Shown: positions 8,212-17,936, numbered from the stretch's first letter. The stretch is 55,649 nucleotides of DNA from Candidatus Aminicenantes bacterium UBA2199 (GCA_002327965.1 DCVB01000086.1:1-55649), one strand, 5' to 3'. The notes: generated by a model from the letters alone, not told the origin. Translations and numbers: made by a program.

Positions 8212-9111
8212 ATGAAACGAAAGAATTTTCTGATCGCCCTGACCGTCTGCGCCCTGACCCTGCCGTTGGCGGCAAAACGGCTGCAGGTGGTTACGACCTA
8301 TCCGTACATCGCCAACCTGGTCGAACATATCGGCGGCGAACGGGTCAAGGTCCACGCCCTGGCCGGCGGGCAGTGGGACCCGCACACGATCATGGCCAAG
8401 CCGTCATTCATCGCCAAGCTGCGCCGCGCCGACCTGCTGGTCATCAACGGCGCCCAGCTGGAGATCGGCTGGCTGCCGCCGCTGCTGAACCAGGCCAACA
8501 ATCCCAAGGTCAACGTCGGTTCGCCGGGCATGCTGGACCTCTCGCGCTTCGTGAAGCTGATCGACGTCCCCGACAGCGTCTCTCGCGCCCAGGGCGACAT
8601 TCATCCCGACGGCAACCCCCATTATTACCTCGATCCCTACAACATGCTGCCCCTGGCCGAGGCCATCGCGGCCAAGCTGTGCGCATTGGACCGCCAGGGA
8701 AGCGGCATCTACCGCAGGAACCTGGCCGACTTCAACGGCCGGCTGAACGTCAAGCTCGATGAGTGGCGCGAACGCATGGACCCCCTGAGGGGATCCCTGG
8801 TCATCGAGTACCACAAGAACTACGACTACCTGCTGCGCAGTTACGGCCTGCAGCTGCTGGGAACCGTCGAACTGCTGCCGGGCATCCCCCCCACCTCCAA
8901 GCATATCCGCGACCTGGAAGGGAAGATCGCCCAGGCCAAGGTACGCCTCATCCTGCAGGATATCTACAACCCCGACGAGGCCGCCCGCCATCTGTCGGCC
9001 AAGCACGGCATCCCCATGATCAAGCTGCCCCACGACGTCGGCGCCGTTCGCGAAGCCGAAGGGATCTTCTCGCTGTTCGACGAGATCGTCCGGAGGCTCA
9101 GAGATGAATGA
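8212..9111 (+). CDS. ZnuA/TroA-like metal ABC substrate-binding protein
   Basis: Signal peptide, DPH, LEIGWL, GDIHPDGNPHYYLDP, YH and GIPPT. Confidence 0.9.
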   Translation: MKRKNFLIALTVCALTLPLAAKRLQVVTTYPYIANLVEHIGGERVKVHALAGGQWDPHTIMAKPSFIAKLRRADLLVINGAQLEIGWLPPLLNQANNPKVNVGSPGMLDLSRFVKLIDVPDSVSRAQGDIHPDGNPHYYLDPYNMLPLAEAIAAKLCALDRQGSGIYRRNLADFNGRLNVKLDEWRERMDPLRGSLVIEYHKNYDYLLRSYGLQLLGTVELLPGIPPTSKHIRDLEGKIAQAKVRLILQDIYNPDEAARHLSAKHGIPMIKLPHDVGAVREAEGIFSLFDEIVRRLRDE

Positions 9112-9859
9112 CATCCTACTGGCCGCCCTGCTGCTCTCGGTCGTGCTGCTGTTCATCCATTCCTACTTCGGCCTGGAGATCATCCGCCGCGGCATCATCT
9201 TCACCGACCTGGCCATTGGCCAGATGTCGGCACTGGGGGCCGCCTTCTCCCTGTTCTTCCTGGACGGTCGCATGATGTATCCCGTCTCGCTGGCTTTCGC
9301 GCTGGCCACCGGCCTGCTGATCGCCTTTGTGGCGCGCCGCTGCAGCCACCTCGAGGCCTTTATCGGCCTGATGTATGCCTTCGGTTTCGCCGGTGTCTAC
9401 ATCCTCCTCTCCAAGTCCTACCACGGCATGGAGGAGTTCCAGAAGTTGATGGCCGCCGACATCCTGTTCACCCCGCTGCACGACATCGTGCAGACCGCCT
9501 TGATCTACAGCGGGCTGGGCGTGGTGATCTGGTTCTTCCAGCGCCACACCTCGGGAGCCCTGCGCGACATCCTGTTCTTCGTCACCTTCGCCATCACCGT
9601 GACCAGCTCGGTTCGCCTGGCCGGCGTGCTGGTGGTGTTCGCGCTGTTGGTGGGACCGGCGATGATCGCCCTGGCCATCGGCCGCGGCCGGCTGCTTTTC
9701 AACGCCTGGGCCATCGGCACCCTGATCAACGTCGCGGCCATCGCCTTCTCCTACTTTTACGACTTCCCGACCGGGTATTCCATCGTATTCTGCAATTCCC
9801 TGGCGGCCCTGATCGCCACCGGACTGAGGCGCCGGGCGCCTGACCCCCCGGCCGCCTAG
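9104..9859 (+). CDS. ZnuB-like metal ABC permease
   Basis: Polytopic membrane protein with RGIIFTDLAIGQ and SVRLAGVLVVFALLVGPA. Confidence 0.88.
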   Translation: MNDILLAALLLSVVLLFIHSYFGLEIIRRGIIFTDLAIGQMSALGAAFSLFFLDGRMMYPVSLAFALATGLLIAFVARRCSHLEAFIGLMYAFGFAGVYILLSKSYHGMEEFQKLMAADILFTPLHDIVQTALIYSGLGVVIWFFQRHTSGALRDILFFVTFAITVTSSVRLAGVLVVFALLVGPAMIALAIGRGRLLFNAWAIGTLINVAAIAFSYFYDFPTGYSIVFCNSLAALIATGLRRRAPDPPAA

Positions 9860-9877
9860 GCGGGGGTACGCGGCGGC

Positions 9878-9923
9878 TTGACAGGCGGCCGCCGTTGTGT
9901 TACGTTTTTATATTCCGTAACAC
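9878..9923 (+). promoter_or_regulatory. Promoter (TTGACA-17-TACGTT) overlapped by a NikR-type operator GTGTTAC-N13-GTAACAC
   Basis: TTGACA at 9878-9883. Perfect inverted repeat at 9897-9903 and 9917-9923 with an AT-rich spacer. Confidence 0.78.
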
Positions 9924-9937
9924 CAACGGGAGGCCGC

Positions 9938-11812
9938 ATGAAAAAGCGCTTTTCGCCCGCTGTTTGCCTGCTCCTGGTCCCGGCGCTGCTCTTCGCCGCC
10001 GGCAGCCTGCACGCTGACGAGCCTGCGCCGGCGAGCACCGGGGAAAACAACGCGGAGAAGACGGAGCTCGCCAAGCCCTTGTTCCACGAGCAGGTGGTGG
10101 TGACGGCCAAGATGTCGCCCAAGGAGCTGAAGAACTGCAGCGACTCCCTGCTGCTCGTCGAGCGGCCGGCGCTGGACCTGCTGCCGGCGAGCAACGCCCT
10201 GGCGGCGCTGGACGGCTTCCCCGGTCTGTTCGTGCAGCGCAGCGGCGACTTCGGCCGCTCCGATCTCGACATCCGCGGCCTGGGGCAGAACGGCCGGCGC
10301 ATCGCCGTGCTGGTCAACGGCCGGCCGGAGAAGATGGGCCTCTACGGCTGCGCCGTGACCCACGCCTTCCCGATGGACAACGTCGAGCGCATCGAAGTGA
10401 TCAAGGGGCCGGCGTCGGTGCTTTACGGGGGCGAGGCCATGGGCGGCGCGGTGAATATCATCACCCGCCGGCCGGAAAACAAGTCGGAAAGCCGGCTGCA
10501 GGTCTCCTACGGCAGCTTCAACACCAGTCAGATCAACCTGCAGCAGGGCGGCAGGAACGGCCGTTTGGGCTACCTGGTCACCTACGACCGCCGGCAGAGC
10601 GACGGTCACCTGGACAACTCCGACTACCGGGGCGACGCCCTGACCGCCCGCCTCGACTGGCAGCTGGCGCCTTCCCTGGAACTCGCGCTGCAGGGAAAGT
10701 ACTTCGACGCGCTGAAGCGCGAGCCCGGCACAGTGGAGCGGCCGCTGGCCGACTCGTGGAACGACTACCGCCGCGGCGCCGTGGATCTCTCCCTGATCCA
10801 CAAGGGAGACCGGGACGAGTGGAGCCTGCGCCTGTACCGCAATTTCGGCAAGCACCGATTCTCCGACGGCTGGGACTCGACCGATTTCACCAACGGCGCC
10901 CTGGCCCGCTGGACCACGCGGCGCCTGAAGAACAATGTCCTCCTGGCCGGCGGCGACTACCGCCGCTTCGGCGGCCGCAGCATCAACTTCCCCAGGGGGG
11001 AATGGCGCAAGAGCGAGGGCTCGTTGTTTCTCCATGACGACTGGCTGCCCGTTGCCGCCCTGGTCGCCAGCGCCGGGCTGCGCCTGCAGTTCGATTCGCT
11101 CTACGGCAGCGAGATCTGCCCCCAGGCCGGGCTGGTCTGGCACGCGACGCCGGCCCTTTCGGCGCGGCTGCAGGCCAGCAAGGGTTTCCGCTCGCCGCAG
11201 CTGAACGAGCTGTACATGTTCCCGCCGGCCAACCCCGGCCTGGAGCCCGAGCGCACCTGGAACTACGAGGCCGGCATCGACTGGCACCCGGCGCCGCGCT
11301 GGACGCTGCAGGCGAGCGTATTCGCCATGCGCGGCAGCAACCTGATCGAGACCCGGCCGAATCCGGGCCCGGGCAACAAGTTCATCTTCCTCAACACCGG
11401 CCGCTTCGCCTTCAACGGCGTCGAGATCGGCGTGCGCGCCAAGCCGCTGGAGTCCATGGAGATCGAGCTCAGCCATGCCTACCTGGACCCAGGCGAACAG
11501 ACCACCGGCAGGCCCGGGCACAAGTGGGACGCCGCCCTGCGCTTCCACTCGCGCCGACTCTCCGTCCAGCTGCAGGGGCAGCAGGTCAACACTTATTTCG
11601 CCGGGGCGAACTCGCGGCAGCCCATTCCCTCCTATTTCGTCCTGAACACCCGCTGGATCGGCCGGTTCATCCGCGGCCTCGAGCTGATCGTCGACCTGAA
11701 CAACATCCTGGATGAGGAGTACGTCATCTACGGCGAATTTCCCGGCAGTGCCGCCGGCACCTTCGCCATGCCCGGCCGCAATATCGCCATCGGGCTGCGC
11801 TGGCGGAAATGA
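9938..11812 (+). CDS. TonB-dependent receptor
   Basis: GGAGG RBS, signal peptide, EQVVVTA TonB box, IRGLG, VERIEVIKGPASVLYG...GGAVNIIT, and terminal PGRN...GLRW. Confidence 0.93.
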   Translation: MKKRFSPAVCLLLVPALLFAAGSLHADEPAPASTGENNAEKTELAKPLFHEQVVVTAKMSPKELKNCSDSLLLVERPALDLLPASNALAALDGFPGLFVQRSGDFGRSDLDIRGLGQNGRRIAVLVNGRPEKMGLYGCAVTHAFPMDNVERIEVIKGPASVLYGGEAMGGAVNIITRRPENKSESRLQVSYGSFNTSQINLQQGGRNGRLGYLVTYDRRQSDGHLDNSDYRGDALTARLDWQLAPSLELALQGKYFDALKREPGTVERPLADSWNDYRRGAVDLSLIHKGDRDEWSLRLYRNFGKHRFSDGWDSTDFTNGALARWTTRRLKNNVLLAGGDYRRFGGRSINFPRGEWRKSEGSLFLHDDWLPVAALVASAGLRLQFDSLYGSEICPQAGLVWHATPALSARLQASKGFRSPQLNELYMFPPANPGLEPERTWNYEAGIDWHPAPRWTLQASVFAMRGSNLIETRPNPGPGNKFIFLNTGRFAFNGVEIGVRAKPLESMEIELSHAYLDPGEQTTGRPGHKWDAALRFHSRRLSVQLQGQQVNTYFAGANSRQPIPSYFVLNTRWIGRFIRGLELIVDLNNILDEEYVIYGEFPGSAAGTFAMPGRNIAIGLRWRK

Positions 11813-12339
11813 AGCACCCCAGCTTCGATTACGTGCTGGCCGGCCTGCTGCTGTCGGCCGCACTGGTGCTGCCGATCTTCTTCCACGTCCTGGGCCTGGG
11901 CAGCGCCTTCATGCCCATGTTCTATCCCCTGGCCGTGGCCGGTTTCCTGGTATCGCCGCCGCTGGCCATGATCGTCGGCGTCTCGGCACCGCTGCTTTCG
12001 GCCCTGCTCACCGGCATGCCCCCTTTTTATCCGCCCATTGCCTTCATCATGATGGCCGAGGGGCTGTTGTTTACCGCCCTGCCCCAGCCGTTGAAAAAAA
12101 TCCTGCCCCTGGGAGACTGGCCGGCGCTGCTGGTCGTCCTCGTCCTCGACCGTATCCTGTTGTTGGCGCTGGTCCAGGCCATGGCGCGCTGCATGGAGCT
12201 GCCGCCGCGCCTCCTGGGCTGGGCGGCGGTCGTGCGCGGCCTGCCCGGGCTGGCCCTGATGCTGGTTGTCCTGCCGCTGATCATCCCCCCCCTGCGCGCC
12301 CGCAAAGAGCGCATCGCCAGGCGCCATGACCAAGAGTGA
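11809..12339 (+). CDS. ECF transporter S component
   Basis: Hydrophobic; LPIFFH..GLGSAFMPM and LTGMPP. Confidence 0.8.
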   Translation: MKHPSFDYVLAGLLLSAALVLPIFFHVLGLGSAFMPMFYPLAVAGFLVSPPLAMIVGVSAPLLSALLTGMPPFYPPIAFIMMAEGLLFTALPQPLKKILPLGDWPALLVVLVLDRILLLALVQAMARCMELPPRLLGWAAVVRGLPGLALMLVVLPLIIPPLRARKERIARRHDQE

Positions 12340-12919
12340 TTTTTTCTCCGGCATCTCCGCCTCCTGGGACGAGCAGCACTCGAGCCCGGAGGAGCAGGAG
12401 AAGCTGCGCCGTTTCGCCGGCCATTTCCGCCTGCGCCCCGGCGACCGCGTCCTCGATGCCGGCTGCGGCAGCGGCCGCCTGATCCCGCTGATCTGCGAGG
12501 CCGTCGGCCCGCAGGGCAGCCTGGTGGAGCTCGACTTCGCCCCGGGCATGCTGGAGATCGGCCGCAAAAAGGCCCGGGGCCTCCGCGTCACTTTCGTGGC
12601 CGGCGATGCCCATGACCTGCCGTTTGCCAACGGCGATTTCGACAAGGTCATCGCCCTGGCCCTGCTGCCCCATCTCGACGACCGTGGCGCCGCCATGAAG
12701 GAGTTCCGCCGCGTTCTCAAGCCGAACGGGCTGCTGGTGATCGCCCACCAGCTGGGGCGCGAGGCCCTGGACCGGCTGCACAACGAGAGCAGCGAGCCGG
12801 TGCGCCGAGACCGGCTGCCGGAAAAGCCCGTGCTGGCCGGGCTGCTGGCGACGGCCGGGTTCATTTCCTGCGAGATCATTGACGAACCCGGGCAGTACGT
12901 TGCCTGGGCCCTGGCCTGA
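12326..12919 (+). CDS. Class I SAM-dependent methyltransferase
   Basis: VLDAGCGSG, GDAHDLPF and RVLKPNG. Confidence 0.9.
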   Translation: MTKSDFFSGISASWDEQHSSPEEQEKLRRFAGHFRLRPGDRVLDAGCGSGRLIPLICEAVGPQGSLVELDFAPGMLEIGRKKARGLRVTFVAGDAHDLPFANGDFDKVIALALLPHLDDRGAAMKEFRRVLKPNGLLVIAHQLGREALDRLHNESSEPVRRDRLPEKPVLAGLLATAGFISCEIIDEPGQYVAWALA

Positions 12920-12925
12920 GGAACG

Positions 12926-13612
12926 ATGCTGGCCGCCATCGACCCGCGCGCCAAACTGGTCGCCTTCCTGGCGGTACAGGCGCTGCTGTTCATCCCCTCG
13001 CCCCAACCACCCCTTATCCGCCTCCTGGCCGTCGCCCTCCCCCTGCTGGCGCTGCTGCTGCTGTCGCGGGGCGCCTGCCGCCTCTGGCTGCGCCTGCTGG
13101 CGATCTCGGCACCGCTGCTGGCGTTCCTCGCCCTCAGCGCCTTCCTCGTTCCAGCCGCCACCACTCCCGCCGCGCGCCTGGGGATGTTGATCGCGGCCAA
13201 GGCGGCCTTGGTCCTGCTGTCGTTGGCCCTGTTCGTCCTGGGCGAGGAACCCGGGCGCATGCTGCAGGCGCTGCGCCAGACCGGGCTGCCCCGGGCCGCG
13301 GTCATGGTCATGGCCATCGGCCTGCGTTTCGCCGGCCAGTGGCGACTGGAGATGGAAGGGATGCGCCACGCCTGGATCGGCCGCAACGCCGCCGCGCTGC
13401 CCCTGCTTCGCCGCGGCCGCCTGGCAGGCAGGATGCTGCCCCTCTTTTTCGAGAGCTTGTTCGAGGGCGCCGTCGATGTCCATGATGCCATGCTCGGCCG
13501 CGGCTTCCACGGCCACTTGCCCGCCTGGCATCGCCTGGCCTTCGCCGGCCGCGACGCGACCTTCCTGGCGCTCGTGGCCCTGTTCGCGGCACTCGCCGCC
13601 CTGCTGCCATGA
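12926..13612 (+). CDS. ECF transmembrane T component (CbiQ/NikQ-like)
   Basis: IDPRAKL N-terminus, TM helices and AMLGRGF. Confidence 0.85.
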   Translation: MLAAIDPRAKLVAFLAVQALLFIPSPQPPLIRLLAVALPLLALLLLSRGACRLWLRLLAISAPLLAFLALSAFLVPAATTPAARLGMLIAAKAALVLLSLALFVLGEEPGRMLQALRQTGLPRAAVMVMAIGLRFAGQWRLEMEGMRHAWIGRNAAALPLLRRGRLAGRMLPLFFESLFEGAVDVHDAMLGRGFHGHLPAWHRLAFAGRDATFLALVALFAALAALLP

Positions 13613-14361
13613 ACGAAGCGGCCGTCGAGATCCGCGGCCTCGACTTCGCCTACGAGTCGGGCCGTCCCGCCCTGCGCGCCGTGGACCTGACCATCCGGCG
13701 CGGTGAATGCCTGGGGCTGCTCGGACCCAACGGCGCCGGAAAATCGACGCTGCTGCTGCACCTCAACGGCGTGCTGCGCGGCCGCGGCCAGGTGCGCGTC
13801 CTGGGGATGGAGACGAAACGGGTCCACCTGAAGGAGATCCGCCGCCGCGTCGGTCTGCTCTTCCAGGATCCGCGCCAGCAGCTATTCCTGCCCACCATTG
13901 AGGAGGACGTTGCCTTCGGCCCGCTCAACGCCGGCTGGAGCGGGGAGGAGGCGCACCGGCGCGTGGCCCGGGTCCTGGAGCGCTTCGGGCTGGAGCCCAT
14001 CGCCGCCACGTCGCCGCTGCGCCTGAGCACCGGCGAGCAGAAGCGTGCGGCGCTGGCGACGGTCCTGGTGCTGGAGCCCGAACTGCTGGCCTTCGACGAG
14101 CCTTCGGCGGGTCTGGACCCGGCCGGCCGCCGCGACTTCATCGAGATCGTCCGTGCCCTGTCGCAGACCAAGGTCATCGCCACCCATGACATGGAACTGG
14201 CCTACGAGCTGTGCGGCCGCATCGTGGTCATGGACCACGGCCGTATCGTGGCCGACGGTCCGCGCGACGCGATCCTGGGCGATGCCGGACTGCTCAGTGC
14301 CCACCGGCTGGAGAGGCCGCTTAGCATGGTATTAAGAGAAATGACACTTCGTGACGCGTGA
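13609..14361 (+). CDS. ECF ATPase (CbiO/NikO-like)
   Basis: GPNGAGKS, FQDP..QLF, LSTGEQKR, DEPSAGLD and ATHD. Confidence 0.92.
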   Translation: MNEAAVEIRGLDFAYESGRPALRAVDLTIRRGECLGLLGPNGAGKSTLLLHLNGVLRGRGQVRVLGMETKRVHLKEIRRRVGLLFQDPRQQLFLPTIEEDVAFGPLNAGWSGEEAHRRVARVLERFGLEPIAATSPLRLSTGEQKRAALATVLVLEPELLAFDEPSAGLDPAGRRDFIEIVRALSQTKVIATHDMELAYELCGRIVVMDHGRIVADGPRDAILGDAGLLSAHRLERPLSMVLREMTLRDA

Positions 14362-14647
14362 CGCGTAACGCGTGACGCGTGACATGAAAGAAAAGAACTT
14401 GGCGCAAGGTTCAAGGCGTAAGGTTGAAGGTGAAATTCCTCTCTTCCCGTCAACCTTCTACCGTAAACCGTAAACCGATTCCTTTCATTTCATGCTGACA
14501 CTGACACTTGCCTTGGCTTTCGTTTTGGAAATTGGAATTTGGAGTTTGGAATTTGTTTGGATTTTGGTGCTTGGAATTTGGAATTTAAGTCTTCGTATTG
14601 CTTTTTACGACCATTTACCGTCAACCATCTACCGTCAACCGATTTCA
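14350..14647. repeat. Composite short-tandem-repeat region A
   Basis: CGTGACG x5 (14350-14384), AAGGT-type units, CCGT(C/A)AA units, CTGACA units, a degenerate TTGGAAT array ending AAGTCTT, then CCGTCAA...CCGATTTCA. Confidence 0.85.
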
Positions 14648-14763
14648 GACCTAGCTTGCAATTTCGTACCGAATCCGGTATCCTTGCCCCTTGATGCCCA
14701 CGAGGGGATGGAAAGGCCGCTTTCCCCCGCTCGCAGAATCCAAAACAGGAGGATCACGATCTG

Positions 14764-16425
14764 ATGAAAACCCGCACCTGGATCATAATCATCGCGCTGT
14801 TCCTGGCCCTGGCGCCGGCGGCGCCGGCCTGCACCAACTACCTGGTCAGCAAGGGCGCCTCCGCCGACCGCTCGACCATGATCACCTACTCGGCCGACTC
14901 GCACGCCCTCTACGGCGACCTGAATTTCATCCCCGCCGGCGAGCACATCGAGGGGACCTGGATCGACGTTTTCGATGGCGACAGCGGCAAGTACCTGGGA
15001 AAGATCCGCCAGGCACGCCGCACCTGGCAGGTGGTCGGGCTGATCAACGAGCACCAGCTGGCGCTGGGCGAGACCACCTTCGGCGGCCGCGAGGAACTGA
15101 TGGACCCCAAGGCGGTGGTCGACTACGGCAGCCTGATGAACCTGGCGCTGCAGCGCGCCCGCACCGCCCGCGAGGCCCTGAAGGTCATGACCGAATTGGT
15201 CGAGGAGTACGGCTACGCTTCGAGCGGCGAATCCTTTTCCGTCTCCGACCCCGACGAAGTGTGGATACTGGAGATGATCTCCAAGGGGCCCGAGCGCAAG
15301 GGCGCCGTCTGGGTGGCGCGCATGGTGCCCGACGGCTATGTCTGCGGCCACGCCAACCAGGCGCGCATCCACCGCTTCCCCCTGCAGAAGGCCAACAATT
15401 TCTTTGACAGGAAACAGACGACCTTCCACTCCACCGACGTCGTCTCCTTTGCCCGCGAAAAAGGCTATTTCAAAGGTGCCGACAACGAGTTCAGCTTCGC
15501 CGACGCCTACTGCCCGCCCGACTTCGGCGGCCGGCGCTTCTGCGACGCCCGCGTCTGGCAGTTCTTCCGGCGCATCACCCCCGATTCCCGGCAGATGGAC
15601 GCCTACCTGGACTGGGCCCTGGGCATCCGGCCCGACGCCGAGCCCATGCCACTGTTCATCAAGCCCGACCGCAAGCTGTCGCTGCGCGACGTCATGGAGC
15701 TGATGCGCGACCACTACGAGGGGAGCGAGATGGACATGAACCGCGACATCGGCGCCGGTGCCTTCGTCCTGCCTTACCGCTGGCGGCCCATGACCTGGAA
15801 AATCGACAAGGACGCCAAGGAAAGCTACTTCTTCGAGCGCGCCACCTCCACCCAGCAGACCGCGTACTCCTTCGTCGCCCAGTCGCGCTCCTGGCTGCCC
15901 GGTGCCATCGGCGGCATCTTCTGGGTGGGCATGGACGACACCTTCAGCACCGTTTACGCCCCCATGTATTGCGGCATCCGCCAGGTGCCGCCGAGCTACG
16001 CCAAGGGGACCGGCGACTTCAACCGGTTCAGCTGGGATTCGGCCTTCTGGGTGTTCAACTTCGTCTCCAACTACGCCTATTCGCGCTACGCCGACATGAT
16101 CCAGGATATCCAGGCCGTGCAGCGCGAGATCGAGGGCAAGTACCTCGCCGTGCAGCCCGAGCTCGAGGCGGCGGTGCTGGAGCTCTACAAGCGCTCGCCC
16201 GAGCTGGCCCGCGACCGCCTCACCGCCTACAGCGTGAGCGAGGGCGAGGCGCTGGTCAAGCGCTGGAAGAAGCTGGGCGAGTTCCTGATCTGGAAATACC
16301 TCGACGGCAACGTGCGCGACAGCCAGGGCAAGGTCACCCACCCGCCGTATCCCAGGGAGTGGTACGAGCGCATCATCAAGGAGACGGGAGACAGGTTCAA
16401 GGTACCCGAAGAAAAGAAAGATTAA
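14764..16425 (+). CDS. Exported C69-family dipeptidase (Ntn hydrolase)
   Basis: Signal peptide ending APA followed by N-terminal Cys (CTNYLV.KGAS.D.S), NEHQL..GETTFGGR, SGESFS and HANQARI. Confidence 0.9.
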   Translation: MKTRTWIIIIALFLALAPAAPACTNYLVSKGASADRSTMITYSADSHALYGDLNFIPAGEHIEGTWIDVFDGDSGKYLGKIRQARRTWQVVGLINEHQLALGETTFGGREELMDPKAVVDYGSLMNLALQRARTAREALKVMTELVEEYGYASSGESFSVSDPDEVWILEMISKGPERKGAVWVARMVPDGYVCGHANQARIHRFPLQKANNFFDRKQTTFHSTDVVSFAREKGYFKGADNEFSFADAYCPPDFGGRRFCDARVWQFFRRITPDSRQMDAYLDWALGIRPDAEPMPLFIKPDRKLSLRDVMELMRDHYEGSEMDMNRDIGAGAFVLPYRWRPMTWKIDKDAKESYFFERATSTQQTAYSFVAQSRSWLPGAIGGIFWVGMDDTFSTVYAPMYCGIRQVPPSYAKGTGDFNRFSWDSAFWVFNFVSNYAYSRYADMIQDIQAVQREIEGKYLAVQPELEAAVLELYKRSPELARDRLTAYSVSEGEALVKRWKKLGEFLIWKYLDGNVRDSQGKVTHPPYPREWYERIIKETGDRFKVPEEKKD

Positions 16426-16426
16426 A

Positions 16427-16540
16427 TAGAAGTAGATGAGTTGAAGGGTAGATGAGTTGATGGGTTAGGAAAAAACCTTGGGGCGGCTTCAGGGCTCTTA
16501 ACCCTTCCACACTTCCACCCTTTTACCCTTCAACAAGTCG
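16427..16540. repeat. Octamer-repeat imperfect stem-loop between convergent genes
   Basis: Left arm of GAGTTGA/GGGTAGAT-type units and right arm of ACCCTTCC/ACCCTTCA-type units ending CAACAAGT. Related to about 53005-53110. Confidence 0.7.
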
Positions 16541-17869
16541 TTATTGAAACTTTTTAAAAAAGCCCAAGCCGAACAGCAGCTTGCCGGGCAGTTCTTTCCG
16601 CGGTTCCAGGCAGATGTCCTTTTTCCAGCCAACGTAGGGCCGCCATTCGACCGCGCGGCCGCCGGCGGCCGACAGGCGCAGGTCGAGGCGCATTCGATCG
16701 GAATCGACCTCGCCCCTCAGCTCGGAGAACACCTTCACGGCTCGCCCCTTGCAGCTGCCCAGGCCGAGCCTCCCGCCGGCAGTGAAGCCGCGCTTGAAAT
16801 CGAAGCCCGCCATGACCTCGTAGCGGACATCGTTCTCCAGCACGTCGAAGTCGGGCTGGTTGCGCAGCGCCAGGCCGGTGAACAGGCTGGCCGCGAACGG
16901 CCGGTCGTCGTCGACGGGCAGGTCCAGCCGGTAGCGCGCCACCCAGGCGCCATAAAGCCCGCGGGCAAAACGCCGCTCGTAGTCGAGGCCGATGTCATAG
17001 ATCATCTTCCAGGGCCAGAACTGGGCGAAAAAGCCTTCGCCATTGAGGATGGGGGCCAGGAAACCGACCGCCAGCGCGACACGGCGCGCCCCGTTCCCGA
17101 AAAATTCCATCTTAAACTCGCCCTCGACCTCCAGCTTGATTCGATCGTCGAAAGGGGAGGCGCCAACTGAAACTTTGATGGTATCCAGGAAGGCGTCGCC
17201 GCCGTCCCCCGAGCGCAGGCGCAGGCCGAGGTAGGAGACGGCGGGGAACTCGTAATGACGGACGTTGCGGAAAAACAGGTCGAGCGAGCGGTTGAGCGCC
17301 AGCGAAAAACCCGCCTCGTGGTAGAGGCGGCGGAAGTCGACCAACTTTAGTTCAACCTCCAGGGTGAGCTCCGGGATGAGGAGGCTGCGCCATTGGCCGG
17401 CGGCGGCGGCCAGGCTGCGGTAACCGTCGCTGCCGCCGATAAAGGTGCCAGCTCCCAGCGCCAGCGTGACGTTTTCCCGATCCAGGACGGCCCGGCCCAG
17501 CAACTCGTTCAGGTTCCATACATAAGGGGTGTCGCGCACCGTACCGTGGCGGCAGAAATGGTTCAGGCGCAGCTCGAGGGCCAGTTGCCGGCCGAGCTCC
17601 CGCCGCACGCCGGCATCGACCCAGTAGTCGATGGCGCCCTGAATACGACCGTTCATCCGCGAGTGGTACTGCACTTCGGCGAACAGGCCGCCCTTCCGGA
17701 TCGGGAAATCGAAACGGAAGACGGGGCGATAGTACCTGCGCTCCAGCGAGTCCAGGCCGTACTCCACCACCAGGCTGGCCTTATTCGATTTTTCCTCCTC
17801 TTTTTCAGCACACACGGGGAGGTTCAGCAGGGTCAGGGCGGCCAGGAAAAGCGGCAGGTGTCTTTTCAA
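16541..17869 (-). CDS. Hypothetical exported, probably outer-membrane beta-barrel protein
   Basis: TTG start, signal peptide, alternating beta-strand patterns and C-terminal FGLGFFKKFQ. Confidence 0.7.
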   Translation of the reverse strand: MKRHLPLFLAALTLLNLPVCAEKEEEKSNKASLVVEYGLDSLERRYYRPVFRFDFPIRKGGLFAEVQYHSRMNGRIQGAIDYWVDAGVRRELGRQLALELRLNHFCRHGTVRDTPYVWNLNELLGRAVLDRENVTLALGAGTFIGGSDGYRSLAAAAGQWRSLLIPELTLEVELKLVDFRRLYHEAGFSLALNRSLDLFFRNVRHYEFPAVSYLGLRLRSGDGGDAFLDTIKVSVGASPFDDRIKLEVEGEFKMEFFGNGARRVALAVGFLAPILNGEGFFAQFWPWKMIYDIGLDYERRFARGLYGAWVARYRLDLPVDDDRPFAASLFTGLALRNQPDFDVLENDVRYEVMAGFDFKRGFTAGGRLGLGSCKGRAVKVFSELRGEVDSDRMRLDLRLSAAGGRAVEWRPYVGWKKDICLEPRKELPGKLLFGLGFFKKFQ

Positions 17870-17936
17870 GCCGTATAAATATCAGAAAAGAACATGCGCG
17901 GCAATATCCTGTACGCATCCATAACCATGCAGAGGA

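Noticed and set aside
9860-9937. Cobalamin riboswitch upstream of the TonB receptor
   Set aside because: The intergenic space is under 80 nt and is occupied by a promoter and a palindromic operator. No B12 box was seen.
14492-14764. 90-aa hydrophobic ORF (MLTLTLALAFVLEIGIWSLEF...)
   Set aside because: It is a translation of the CTGACA and TTGGAAT repeat arrays and has no convincing RBS.
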